A stretch of 48,494 bases of DNA, filler included, from Streblomastix strix (Eukaryota), in NCBI GenBank assembly GCA_008636045.1. It is 2 parts of 2 records of this genome, joined end to end, with 100 filler letters (N's around TTAATTAATTAA, not from the genome) between each part and the next. Parts side by side here need not be neighbours in the genome. Positions count along the whole stretch, not along the records: positions 1 to 24,222 come from SNRW01000243.1; 1 more part is not named here. One strand, given 5' to 3'. The translations under genes were made by a program, and so were the position numbers. Below the pieces are notes generated by a model. It saw only the letters and a program-made list of their open reading frames with translations. It did no database searches and was not told the origin of the DNA. The number at the start of each line of letters is the position of its first letter. Positions within the stretch are counted from its first letter, which is position 1. Shown here piece by piece: positions 1 to 17,115 of this stretch.

Positions 1-4789
<4,789 letters not shown>

Positions 4790-5660
4790 TCTGAATTCAA
4801 CTATAATACAAATAAATATTAAAAGGTAATATAGATTATATATCAGTTTACGGGTATTGGTTGAAAAATGTATTTTATAAGATGTTAAAAAATAGATCAT
4901 TAAAATTCATCTATAAAAATAATTAAAAAATGTATTTTATGTAAAATTATAATTAAAATTGTCGTAAAATAGTATGACTAATACACCATGTAGATAATTA
5001 ATTATGTAGATATCCCTATTACTTGCGATTTTATTGAATTATCATTTGTAATTTTCCTTGTTCAATTTCAGAGGTATGAAGTGGGTTAACATATAAATTT
5101 ATTTTTAAATATGCCAGAAAATATAAATTACTATAAATTTTTCCATGTGATTTTATTATTGCAAATATAGCACGCGCGATAAATATTTAGAAGCATTTCT
5201 ATTCGGAAAATGAATTAATAATATAATAATAGTAATAAATGGATTGTAAAGTAAAATCATTTACTAATTTATGGCAACAATACCTTCTTAAATCTCAGAG
5301 TACCAAGATATTTACAATTGAATTATCAAATCCAATTTGCTAGTATTGATCAAACATTTAGCAATATATTAGCAAGTATGAATTTTGGTAGAATCTAGGT
5401 GCAAGTGTTTCTCTCAAGGCATTCTTCATATATAAACAGTTACCAGATGATTTAGAATAAACCTCTGCAAACAACGAAATAACCTATTAAATATGCAATA
5501 AAATAATCTTCCTAAATAAAAAAAAAATCATTTTAGATTAATTTATTATTAAAGAAGTGATTATTTAACAAAAGTTACTATGAGAATATGATGCAAATTA
5601 ATGGAATTGAATATAAAACTATTCCCTTAGTAATGAAACTCTTTTATTTATTGCTTTTTT

Positions 5661-6561
5661 TCAAATTTTTAAGAATGAAAAGCAAGATTATTCAGCATTG
5701 ATTGTCGTTTTTTCCACCTTCTTGTTTATCTGATTTTTCCATGTACTAACTAACTGATTGAGGGACTTATTCATGTAAAGTGTCATTAATTTATAGAATT
5801 TATTTTACCAAGCTGAATAACAATACATGTAATTCAATAATAATCATTAAAAGTAATACATACGTTAGAAAAACTTTATCAACATCTTAATCTGTCTTAG
5901 CAGATATTTCTAAGAATGGAATTCCAAGGGAATCAGCAAGTTGCTGAGTTAATGAAAGGTATATTTTAAAAAGAACAATAAAAATAAATTATAACTATTG
6001 ATTCACACTTTTCCTTAATTATAATCAACCAATCTCTTATTTACGAGGTCACTCTTATTGCCAACTAGCAGTCGACAAACACCAGTTATAGCATTTATGT
6101 CAATCTCACGGAACCACATTTGAACATTGTTGAATGAATCACGGTTTGTGACATCATACACGATGATAATTCCATTTGTGCCACGATAGTACGAGTTAAT
6201 AACACTACGAAAGCGATCTTAGCCTCCGACATCCCACTGCACAAGAAATAAAAAAAGTAATGTGTAATCTAAGCTTAGAAAAACGAACCATTTGAAGTTT
6301 TATGATTTTACTGCCTAACCTTATTATACGAATTTTCTGTAATAACAAGATATAATAATACAATAATATCATATTAATCTTCATACGAAGTCAACTACAA
6401 CTGTTTATATATATGTGTCAGAGTATGTATTGTCCTTTAAAAAAAAAACAATAGAAATAAGATTAACGTAATTCAACACACACCGCAAATTTCAAAAGGA
6501 TGCAGGACTTTCCAACCATAGAATCGCCAACTAAGAGGAGTTTAAATGTTTGATCCTTCAT
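5661..6561 (-). CDS. Rab-family small GTPase (Rab1-like, divergent), 6 exons
   Basis: MKDQTFKLLLVGDSMVGKS, YIQTVVVDF, WDVGGQDRFRSVINSYYRG, VGNKSD and EISAK, separated by GT-AG introns. The last-exon frame is ambiguous: the stop is at 5661 (...SCFSFLKI) or 5692 (...DNQC). Confidence 0.9.
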
Positions 6562-7664
6562 TTATTGATATTGTATAAATATAATATAAAAATGAAGTAG
6601 ATATGTAAATCATACAAATTCTTGACTCATTGTATTGCCTCGCCAAACTTATAGAAGACTATTTCAAAGATTATTAAAAGAAATAAAACAAAATATCAAC
6701 AAAATAAAGAGTAGATATTTAATTTGGATGTGTGAATGAGTGAGTTGAAACTATATTGGTGATTGAACAAACTTTTTTAAGCAAAAAATTATATATGTGT
6801 GTGTATTGAAATATGAAAAGTTAAAAGTTAAAAGTAAAAGATAATTGAATAAGTTTAAAAAGCAAATAAGATTATGAATTGAAATTTGATGGAATATGGA
6901 TTATTTGTTGTATATTTTGAAGTTTAATTAAGTAATGATAGTGCTACTTTAATAAAAAGAACTTAATATTAATAAAAATGAATTAAAAATATTTGTTTAA
7001 TATATTATAAAGAGAGTATGCAATAAAATATTGTTTAATATCAATGGCAGAATGATTTATCGGAAATATTTCAAATGAGCTAAATGAAGTTTATATATAC
7101 ATATGTAACAGCTTAAATTTATATCAGTAAGAATATAATGTTTGTCTAGTATATATTTAAATTGTTTTATAATTTATTTCTTGCATGAAATTAGGTTTTA
7201 ATGATAATTTTTTATTAGATGCAAATTGAGCTGAAATTGAGTTAAAAAGTGAATTATTTTAATTTAATTGCAATTATATATTAAGTAAATTCAAATAATT
7301 ATGTTTTTTTTGTAAAAATTTAATTTCGTTACAATTTTAAATTTCTCACATAAATTAAGAAAAATGTATACTTTATATTATCGCAGCATTAAATTAGGCC
7401 TGAGCAAAAGTGGCAAGGTGGCAAGGCAATTTTTAGCTTGCCGGTCAGTAAAAAATTTCGTTTGCCAGTGTAATAAAAATTATCATTTATCTTGCTTAAA
7501 TTGAATGTAATTGATAATAATTAGTTTATTATTAATATTAAAGTTATATTTATAATTGAAACTAAAGTTTTAATAAATTTAAATATAAATAAATGAAATA
7601 ATACAAACGATAAAGTATAATATAATATTGTTTATATTAAAAAAAACATTAAAACTTTTGCATT

Positions 7665-8108
7665 AGTAGTTAAGGATTTGGGAAACCTGTACTAATGAGA
7701 GTTAATATATATGTTCAAATTAAGGCGACCCAACATGGTCACAGGGTATAAAATTCAAAACACTTAAATTATGATGGAAAATTGCTCTTTTAAATAGCTT
7801 TTTTCACCTATTTCGCAATTCGCGTTTCTATTCGAAATATAATAAGTATATTTTTCTACTGTTTTTACATTTTTTCACTAATAATACACTAACTATCAGA
7901 ACGAAATGAGAAAATTAAATAAAACAATTACTTATCTGAATTACTGGACAGTGCTAACCAAGAAATGAACCTGTTTAGTTTATCCCCGCTATTTTCCATC
8001 ATAATTTAAGTGTTTTGAATTTTATACCCTGTGACCATGTTGGGTCGCCTTAATTTGAACATATATCTTAACTCTCATTAGTACAGGTTTCCCAAATCCT
8101 TAACTACT
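7665..8108. repeat. Inverted repeat pair: 118-bp arms (7665-7782 and 7991-8108, 1 mismatch), 208-bp spacer, Polinton-type AGTAGT...ACTACT termini
   Basis: The arms are direct reverse-complement matches. No matching target-site duplication is present (left flank tgcatt, right flank tgggta). Confidence 0.92.
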
Positions 8109-8294
8109 TGGGTATAATAACTCTTTTAATTCTGACTATGAATGGCTAATATAAACATTATCCCAGAATCTCTATCTGTTCATAAATCGACAAATGTAAT
8201 AATAAGAGGTGCAATATTGCTTTTTTATATCCCCACGAGTAATCTAAAGAAATAATCTTTTTTTATCTTACGTATAAAATGGTATTAACTAAAA

Positions 8295-11200
8295 ATGAGC
8301 TGCTAAATTTATTACGAATTATATCACCCCAACTATAAGAAAAAAAAGACTTGTAAATAATTAAAACAGCAGCTAAAGCGTGTACATGATAAAAACGACT
8401 TTCCCGCAAAAGGATCACGAAATAACTATAATGTCCTCAGATAATTTATGATTGAGTTAGACGCTAGATTAGATAACTAATTCTATGTACGATAACCCCC
8501 AACAACTAAAAAGGAGAACTTTAACGAAATACAATAATAATTAGAGTAGCAATTACAATATATATTTTAACCGCAATTACAAGAAATTAAATAACAGATA
8601 GAGTCAACAAAAGAACGTAAACTACTTAATATAATAAACGAAGGAGTACTATTATTAGTTCAACCTCACGATCTAGATTATTTCACTAAAATTCTCCTTG
8701 ATGCCAAATCTAATTTCTAAGATCAAAATCACATCTAACGCAATCCAATAACCGCAGCTCACTATAACAATAATATAACTAGCGTATTAGATATCTATAA
8801 TTTCATTGATCAAATCCACATTAACATGGCTCATAACATCTATAAATTAGCAATTGATTTTGGCTTTATATACGAGCGAACAGATAGAGATAAGAATAAT
8901 GATATAAAATTAACTTACGGTTATATTATCCCCCGTGAATCAATGACCGAAAGAAGAGCTCCATTATTAATAAGATCTCAACAAGATATTGAGCTGCACA
9001 AGGATTATATGTAATCAATTATAATATCTGTTTAGGAAAAGATCCTAATCGATACAAAAGTGAAATATATAGCTATATATTCTATCTGCGCAATAACATA
9101 TCTACTTCCAATCAGTGGAAAGCCTATTCCAAGTTTAAAAATTCACCTTAGCAAAAAACGCTAATGTCTCAGATATATCAATTCACCCTATCCCAACACT
9201 TGCGTACTAGAAGCAATAGCACGTCATTAGCTAAAAGATACTAAGGAGAAAAGATATAGTGATAGTTAGGTTCTTCATTAAATGAAAGAAATTGGCAACT
9301 TATTTTACAATGATTTCAACCCTAAGACATTTGAGGGATTCAATTACGCAACAGATATATAAAAAATCCATTAACATCTAAAACTATCAGTTAATCTCTT
9401 TTCATACGAGTAGGATGATAAGTCTTTTCATTATTTCTTATTCTAATCTTTTCCAATTGAAAGAGATGATGAACTTAATTTGTTACTTATCTAATCAGAG
9501 GAGCTAAATGGTATAAATATTCATACATTACTAGTGACCGATAAATAACGTCTAACTGGCTTATTATTCTGCCCCCGTTGTAAAAATCATTGTTTTAAAT
9601 AAGATTAACATACTAAAGAGAGAATGGAGAAACATATTAAGAAATGTAAGGGGAAAAAAGTGAAATAAGTCCTACTTGATGATTAGCAAAGACCATTTAT
9701 CCCCCACATTATGTAAAATAAGACTTATCGGTATTTACTTACTAATGGTAGATAAAACGAATTTAAACCAACGTAATATTTTATTACTTATGATTTCGAA
9801 ACATACGAACATAAAGTTGATACAAAATTTGGGAAAGAAAGTAAAGTAATAAGCTAACTCATACCACTAAGTGTAGCATCAACCATACATTCATCCAAAG
9901 GTATTAAATCTATATACTATGATATTAGGTAAAAAAATTTCATTAATCAATGGATAAAATAACTATTTGCTGAAGCAGTTTAAATAATGAAAGATAAAAA
10001 TTATACTGATGAAAATATATCTTATTCAATTGAAGTTCCAATCATTGGATATAACTCTGCTAAATTTGATATGATGTTATTGTTTCCATATATGTAATCG
10101 AACTAATGGAAAATAACTAATTATATAGGGTCACCACAAATGTGTAAGTAACTAATTGTAGCTCATAATAATATGAGTATAAAGCTAAAATTTCTAGACG
10201 CTTTCTTATATGTTGCGCCACCAATGACTCTGGGTTAATTCGTAACGAATTTTTCAGATCAATAATAATCAAAGGGGCTATTCCCATACGATCTAATGGG
10301 GGATGATTATGATGAGCAATTAAGTAAATCAGCACCTTTTAAATAAACAGATTTCAATAACACGTTGAAAAATACTAGTATATCTGATTAGAAATACTAA
10401 TTATATCTCTAAGATTATTAATAATTTAATAACAGACGGGATTATCTAAGATATTATAATATACTAGATACTTAGATTATGATTGCTCCAATACAAATGT
10501 TAATTAACCTGTTCTTCGAATACAAGGTTGATATGTTATAACATATGTCAATTGCTAGTTGCGCTAACCCTATAAAATATTCAATAGCATATAGCGATTT
10601 CGAGCTAGATGGAAATTATTGCTATCAAACATTTAATCCACCATTTTATCTTACCCCCTAATTTTGGACCACTAAAGTGTTGAGCTATAAATAATAAGAT
10701 CAAACTGCGAAGAGAGATATTGCTAATATTGTAAGTAATAACGATTATTAATATTTTCCAAAGTTAATGAAAAATTTTTGTTACATTAGTCACGAGCAAT
10801 TTATGTTTAAAAATAGAACTAGATTAGATCGCATTGATAATTCATAGCCACATACTAAGAATAATGTTAGATAGTGCTGCTTATATTGTAACTTAACGAA
10901 AGGAAATAGAAATGAGTAAGAGATAGAATTACTTATTCAATTAAGAAAATTCTGAAGTAAGTATAATTTACCTTCAACAATTAATAATTAGCAAGTGTAT
11001 CAAACACTGAGACAAGGCATCACAGGAGGCCTATCAAATGTAATGAATCGGATAAATATTCGTGGTCAAACTAAAATTAAAAAGTTATTTTATTATGATA
11101 GCAAAATGAAAGTAATCGAAACGGATAATGTAGTCACTAATATAATAGGATTAGATTTTAATTCAATGTATCCAAGTGTTATGAGCAGTTTGTATAATGA

Positions 11201-12506
11201 ACTATGCCCATACACTTAAGGTAAAATGTATATGCCAAGAACAGTAAAAGAAGTAATTAATTTAACAAATGATCTATAAAAATAACGAAGTATAAATATA
11301 ATCGAGTCACCAACTAGATTTACAGCCGCAGGATAAATATTCGTTGCAACAATTAAGGGGCATATTGAAGATATTAATGAATGTATTAATTTCCCTCATA
11401 TTTTGAGAAATTTAACATATGTAGCTGATGAGCTGACAATTGGTAGTTATAACTATAATTTTATGAAAGATAATGGGATGAAAGTAGAGAAGGAAGAAAG
11501 AAAGCTAACACAGCAATTATCTACGCACGATCAATTCATGTCATTCTCCAGTTATTATTTATGGTTTTTAATTGACACATGTCATTTTGTAATTGATGAT
11601 ATAAGTTAGCTCATTCTTTTTACCAAACATGATAAGTTTAATGGATTTGTTAACACTTTTATGAACAGGAGAGTGTAAGCTATTGAATCTAATAATTAAG
11701 GGTTAAGTTAATTCTGTAAAATAGTTATGAATGCCAGCTATGGAAGTGACGGAATGAATACCGAGAAATTTAGTAATATCAAATTAAAGTCAAAGGCTGA
11801 TACATTTATATCTCATTTGACAGATAATTTTATGAGCGAAAGATAGTTGAATGAAAACCTTTATGCTGTGTAATTAAACACAGATAAATGTAAATGTATG
11901 ACTCCACTATAAGAAGCATATTTTACGCTAGATAACGCTAAGTATTGGTATCTTAATTTTATATATAATTTCCTGTATAAATGTTTGGATAGAAATAGGT
12001 TTCATTTTATTGAAGGTGATACGGATTCGATGTACTTTGCAGTAGCAGGGGATATTAATTAATCAATTAACCAAGGGTTTACTCATATCATTACCGATTT
12101 GTAATTTTACGATGATAACTATAAGTATTATTTTCCTACAACTAACAACTTAAAAGAATAGAAGAAATTATTAGGACTATCAATAGAAAAGTAAGGTGAT
12201 ATAATGATAGCTGTCTCGCCTAAGAATTATTATATTAACACTGTAGCTGATGAAATCATTAAATTGAAAGAGGTTAATCAGAAGTAGAATATTATTACTA
12301 AGTAAAATATAATTGATTGTATCGGTGGAAATATAATGAAATGTGAAAATATGCGACTAGGATAAAAAGATGGGGTTATGTCGAAATTAGCACAAACAAA
12401 AAATGCTCTAACAGGCGTACGCACTAAAGGTATTATTTTGCCTAATAGTTAATTATCAGCACCGTTTATTTATTAATTATCTGCGAGTGATTATGTAGAT
12501 GTTTGA
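8295..12506 (+). pseudogene. Protein-primed family B DNA polymerase (~1400 codons) with one in-frame TGA at 10953-10955
   Basis: One frame with TAA/TAG=Q: ExoI YDFET, ExoII GYNSAKFD, KGLFPY, ExoIII YNILD, motif A DFNSMYPS, motif B KIVMNASYG, motif C EGDTDS, PKNY. The start is uncertain (an alternative ATG at 8279 would need a frameshift). Confidence 0.93.
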
Positions 12507-12757
12507 ATTATCCCAAATTGGGAATTATGTAGATCTTTAATCAACTATAAATGATTCCCCTGAATGAAACTATGATTTACGAGCTTGAGTAATTAGGAAT
12601 TAATTGGAAAGAGCTAATTAAAAGGATATTCGACATAGCTATAAAATATGCCTGTGAAAATTAGATATGTAATTGAAAAGGTGTTCATATTCTAAAAATA
12701 AGTAAAAGGGTTATTTTTTCCCCTAGCATTTTTTATATTTTTTTATAAACTACATAA

Positions 12758-13078
12758 ATGTAAAGTAATCATGAGCATTGTCTATATAATAACTATTCAC
12801 TTAATTATAATGTAATAGGAAATTTAAGTTATGATAGAGGAGATCTATTAACTTATTGTGGTAAATAATTTCTAATATTAACCACATATTAATATGAAGA
12901 GTTCAAAAAGACATATAATGATATTATGGAAACAAGTGAAAAATAACGTATTGAGTTCAATGATAAGAGACTAAGGAGAATGATTTAATAGAACAAATAA
13001 TGTTTCGATGAATGTATATTTTAAATAGAAGAATCAAAATTTAAATGGTCACCTCTTCACAAATATTATATAGATTGA
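12758..13078 (+). CDS. Element hypothetical protein (106 aa)
   Basis: ATG-to-TGA open frame under the variant code (MQSNHEHCLY...KYYID); no recognised motif. Confidence 0.55.
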
Positions 13079-13330
13079 CGGTTATTATTTTTGTTATAAT
13101 AAATTGATTCTGTAATTTTTGGTGGCGCAATACTCTTTTTTCAAATTTTTGTTATAATTTTCGACCTCCATAATTAAGACACTCGACTTTTTCAAAAATA
13201 AGGAAATAATTAATGTGTTTCTTATTTTTTGGGTAAATTAAACCATCTTCACGACTTTTTCAAAAACAAGAGGTGTAATTAACCTTTTTTGAATTAATGT
13301 GTAAATTAACGATGGAAAAATAACTACATT

Positions 13331-15289
13331 TCATCCTGCAGCAATCATACTACTACCAATCTCACCAATAACCTCCAAATTTAGCTCTTATGGCTCCGGG
13401 TTATCATCAAACATGATTCTAATGACCGTATCACACAGGAAATGAAACATGGGGGTTAAACCTACTTACCAACTAATTGGATAGCTTCTTGTACCCATAA
13501 ACCCCGCTAGTATGTTTTAATTTTCAGGGTGAATAGTATCATCATTAATTTTGTAATTATCAACTATACCTGTGATTATTTATGTGTTTAATATAGTTTA
13601 TATATCTGTTCTCGCACCAACTCTAGTACTATTATAACCTCTCATAAAAGAATCATCAGTAGCCAATTTCCATGCCAACATATATTTATTAGGATAGTAT
13701 GTTTTGACCGCTTTAGAACCAATAAATAGTGTAGTACGATAGAACACATTATCTATGTTATTTATATCCCCATCATTTTTCCCATACCAATATTTCTTAT
13801 CGTTTATGTTGACGTTTTCGAAGGTGAGTGAATGATACAAATCGCTAGATGGCGATATAATATCTTAATCAACAAAACACTAAAACATTGAGCCATTTGT
13901 AGCTTGAGTATGTGCTTCGTAAGGGAAAGGAACAACGTGTCGCTAATCAACTATTAAGTCTATGTTGTGGAATAACATGGGAAAGAACCATGTGGGATAC
14001 TAGAGCATAGCAAACGTCATGAACATAGCTTTGATATTAGAAAATGACATTATACTTTATATTTATCCGCTGGATGGCTCAAAATTGTTCATGGTGTAAT
14101 TTGATGATTGTGATTTAAGAACTTGGGTAGGGAAATGTATTATTTTCTAAGCCCTAATCATATCGATAATTGCCTATTCATTTTCCATGGTAAAGCAAAG
14201 ATTATGGATCGATAAATATTCTGAGTAAGCGTTATCCAATTATTATATACTATTTTTAGGGTCAGTGGAATCATCAGCCAAATCTCTACAATTAATCATA
14301 CGTACAGAGTATTATCTATATTGAATACCTTCTTCGTTTGTCTTTAGTATAATTATATCAGGCATCTCCGGTGGAATCATTGTGTAGGCAAAGTGTGAAT
14401 CAAATATAGGGATTGTTTTATTTAACCATAATATTTTTAAATCTTATAGGAAATCAGTCATCCACAGTTATAGATATAAACTGGCATAATTTCTAGTGAG
14501 TGCAGGAAATTCGTTAAATATTGGGTTTAGTTAATTGAGATCCATTACTCCACTAAAAGTAATGGGGTCAGGTATTTTATAAAAGTAATCATTAGTACTG
14601 GAATTAAGTTTACTACATGGTATATCAATAAATACTCCACAATGACGTTTCCCCTATGTTATACTTTCAAGTGGTGAGACACTAACGGAATTATTAACTG
14701 TGAGGTCAGATAAAGAATTAGAGCAGATGATAGCTTATTCGCGAGCGTAAATGGAAGTTTCCCATAATTTTGTATTTTATTTACATATAACAACTTATTA
14801 GAAAGGTCCACAAGCTGTTGCGTATCCCAACCAAAATTTGAGTGTTTCAGTATTATCATATCTTTATACATCTTATTTTATAGTTCTTTCTGCAGGCAAT
14901 GGTGCAGCTGCTGTCTTTATCCCATTAAAATTAGTTAATTACCAAGCAAATTCAATATCAGTATTTCCTCCTTTAGTTGTGTTGATAGAATTTAGCTGGA
15001 CACCCAAAGTGTTAGCGGGTATAGTAATTGTCCAGTTAACCTAACATGTTTAAACACAGCAACAGGTGGCTGAGCCTCTAGCGCCAAGTGGAGCTCGAGT
15101 CTATCTCGTACCACTAGAAAACAATATATTAATAGGTTAGTCTTCGAATTGTTATTTTGATAGATGGAATGATAATGGTTCGATAGTAAGTGTCCGCATA
15201 ACTTCATTAAGAGCAGATTATGAAGAGACATAATCCGAATGTGACGCTTTCGATAGCCTAGCAAGATAATCTTGTGCTCCAAAACTCAT
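13331..15289 (-). CDS. Probable major capsid protein (double jelly-roll), 652 aa, intact
   Basis: Uninterrupted ORF MSFGAQDYLARL...FLCDTVIRIMFDD...MIAAG with beta-rich composition. LKFWLGYATACGPFQQ resembles the FxGxKxxxxxxxQ segment of Polinton-like capsids. Size and context with pPolB and ATPase fit. Confidence 0.72.
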
Positions 15290-15322
15290 TTTAATAAACG
15301 AAATAACTTTTTAAATTAATAA

Positions 15323-15526
15323 ATGGGATTCTGGTCATCATTAAAGAACTTCGGTTCAAAAGTATTACATAGAGTTACATCTGCCGTTAAATGGGTTGCG
15401 CCTGTATTACATAAAGTTATGGGTGCTGTAAGCGGTCCAATTGATGCAATAAATCCAACAGCAGGTATGATTGCGAGAGGAGTTGGTGGTGCTGCAGGTA
15501 TGGCGAATAAGTTTTTAAATCGATGA
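15323..15526 (+). CDS. Small Gly/Ala-rich amphipathic protein resembling the adenovirus protein VI membrane-lytic helix
   Basis: MGFWSSLKNFGSKVLHRVTSAVKWVAP...; divergent from the MCP gene with a 33-bp gap; MGxxxS N-myristoylation consensus. Confidence 0.75.
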   Translation: MGFWSSLKNFGSKVLHRVTSAVKWVAPVLHKVMGAVSGPIDAINPTAGMIARGVGGAAGMANKFLNR

Positions 15527-15664
15527 CATTGAATTAATGATATTGAATTAATGATACTGGGTGTCAGCTCATTTTTAAAAGAGTTTAGGTGACAATTAAC
15601 CTTTTTTTAGAATTAGCGAAAAATAAGTAATCACATCAATTTGAGACATTATTTTTGCTCATAA

Positions 15665-15856
15665 ATGATCAGCACCAAGAATTTTGGCTCTAAAATATTA
15701 AGTGGTGTAAAATAAGCTACGGGTTATGTGCCAAATTTACTTAATAAAATTCTATCCTCAACATAAATGAGAAGTGATGCTGTTATTATAAAGCCGACAC
15801 ATATATAACCAAAACCAATAGATTACATACATCATTCTAAAAATATGATATAGTGA
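15665..15856 (+). CDS. Small paralogue of the upstream amphipathic protein (63 aa)
   Basis: MISTKNFGSKILSGVKQATGYVPNLLNKIL shares KNFGSK(V/I)L and helix register with ORF 15323. Confidence 0.55.
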
Positions 15857-15899
15857 TGATCATTAATAATTAGTTAGATATTATTTTTATTTATTGTAA

Positions 15900-16343
15900 A
15901 TGGAATCACTAATAATATAATTGAAGTAATTAATTAAACAATTATCCAAAAATAATATACAGGAAGATATGATATAATAAATAATATAGTAATTGAAAGA
16001 GTTATTATAACCTGTAACTCCTCAATTAATTAATCCGTTAATGTAAGAGTTAAAGAGAATAAAATAATAATTCGATATCTAATAAACTAAATTGTAATTT
16101 TTTAATAAGTAAGCAGAGTAAGAGCAATACTTTAATAAAATTTATACTGAAAATAATCATACACATACTGATTAATATAACCAGTATAAATAGCTAAATA
16201 TTGCTTAAGCTCAGTAAATCAACAAACTGAAATAGTATATATTAACTGAGTCATAAGATGAAGAAAAATAGATTTATAATACATTTGTTGCTGAGGATGA
16301 TAACAAACTATTCTGTAATTATTATATATTGACATTAATTTGA
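15900..16343 (+). CDS. Element hypothetical coiled-coil protein (147 aa)
   Basis: Open frame MESLIIQLKQLIKQL...; Q/L/I-rich heptad-like pattern. Confidence 0.6.
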
Positions 16344-16522
16344 AGTGGTTATTTTTACCAAATAATTTTGTCTGTTAGCCTTTTTTCACTATTATGACGT
16401 ATCAATTTTTTCGTAGATATACCCGCTACGATCGTAGCAGGCTAATTTTAACATGAAAATTCAAGGGTCAAAAATAACGATGTTAATCTACCCCGAACAA
16501 ATTTGGGCGGGCCATTTTTTCA

Positions 16523-17056
16523 TCAATATGCGTCATAATAGTTATATAATTATTAAGGAACACATTATTCACTTTTTTCCTCTTCCTCTTCTTCTTACTC
16601 TTACTCTATTTATTTAGGTTGCTATTTAGGCTTAGGTTATTTTAACGCTTTCAATTTATTTTTATATTTCTCATTTTATTTAACCATTTCAGCGTGTTAT
16701 TATTTTATGTATTTATTTTCAGTTCGCAAAGATATTAGCTCTTCAAAATCAAGTTGCGGATTAACGTATTTGATTTATGGTTTGTTTTATACTTTTCTTT
16801 TAACTTATATAGCAGGCTTCGGTTATTCTTCTTCAATAGCTATGGAATTATCACTTTCGGAGTCAGATTCAAACATTTTAGCTGGCTATTTCTTGTGTTA
16901 ATTTTATCCCCTAGCCTCCATCATTAGCTTATTTTACTAAGCTTGTGTCACTATTTTAAGTCCTCGTTTTCCATTTTCGAAACACTTGATTTGTTTATTA
17001 TCTCGAATAAAATATCCCCCATCAAAGTACTCAGTATTAGTATCATTTTCCATCAT
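16523..17056 (-). CDS. Element hypothetical charged/coiled-coil protein (177 aa)
   Basis: Open frame MMENDTNTEYFDGGYFIRD...YNYYDAY. The upstream in-frame taaATA may be a mutated start. Confidence 0.6.
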
Positions 17057-17115
17057 AAATTTTAACGCTTATGACTTATCTATTTAATAATATAAAAATT
17101 TCTGTTTTAATTAAA

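Noticed and set aside
5290..5520. Possible small exon or gene between the kinase and Rab
   Set aside because: Open frames exist on both strands, but there is no recognisable motif or convincing gene model.
10953..10955. In-frame TGA as Trp/Sec recoding
   Set aside because: TGA terminates all other genes and Trp is TGG; other lesions in the element point to ordinary decay.
12499..12676. Short ORFs directly after pPolB
   Set aside because: About 40 aa or interrupted by TGA; possibly a decayed gene but unsupported.
15318..15325. TAAATG as a poxvirus-like late promoter
   Set aside because: Host genes such as the Rab share the same start context in this AT-rich genome.
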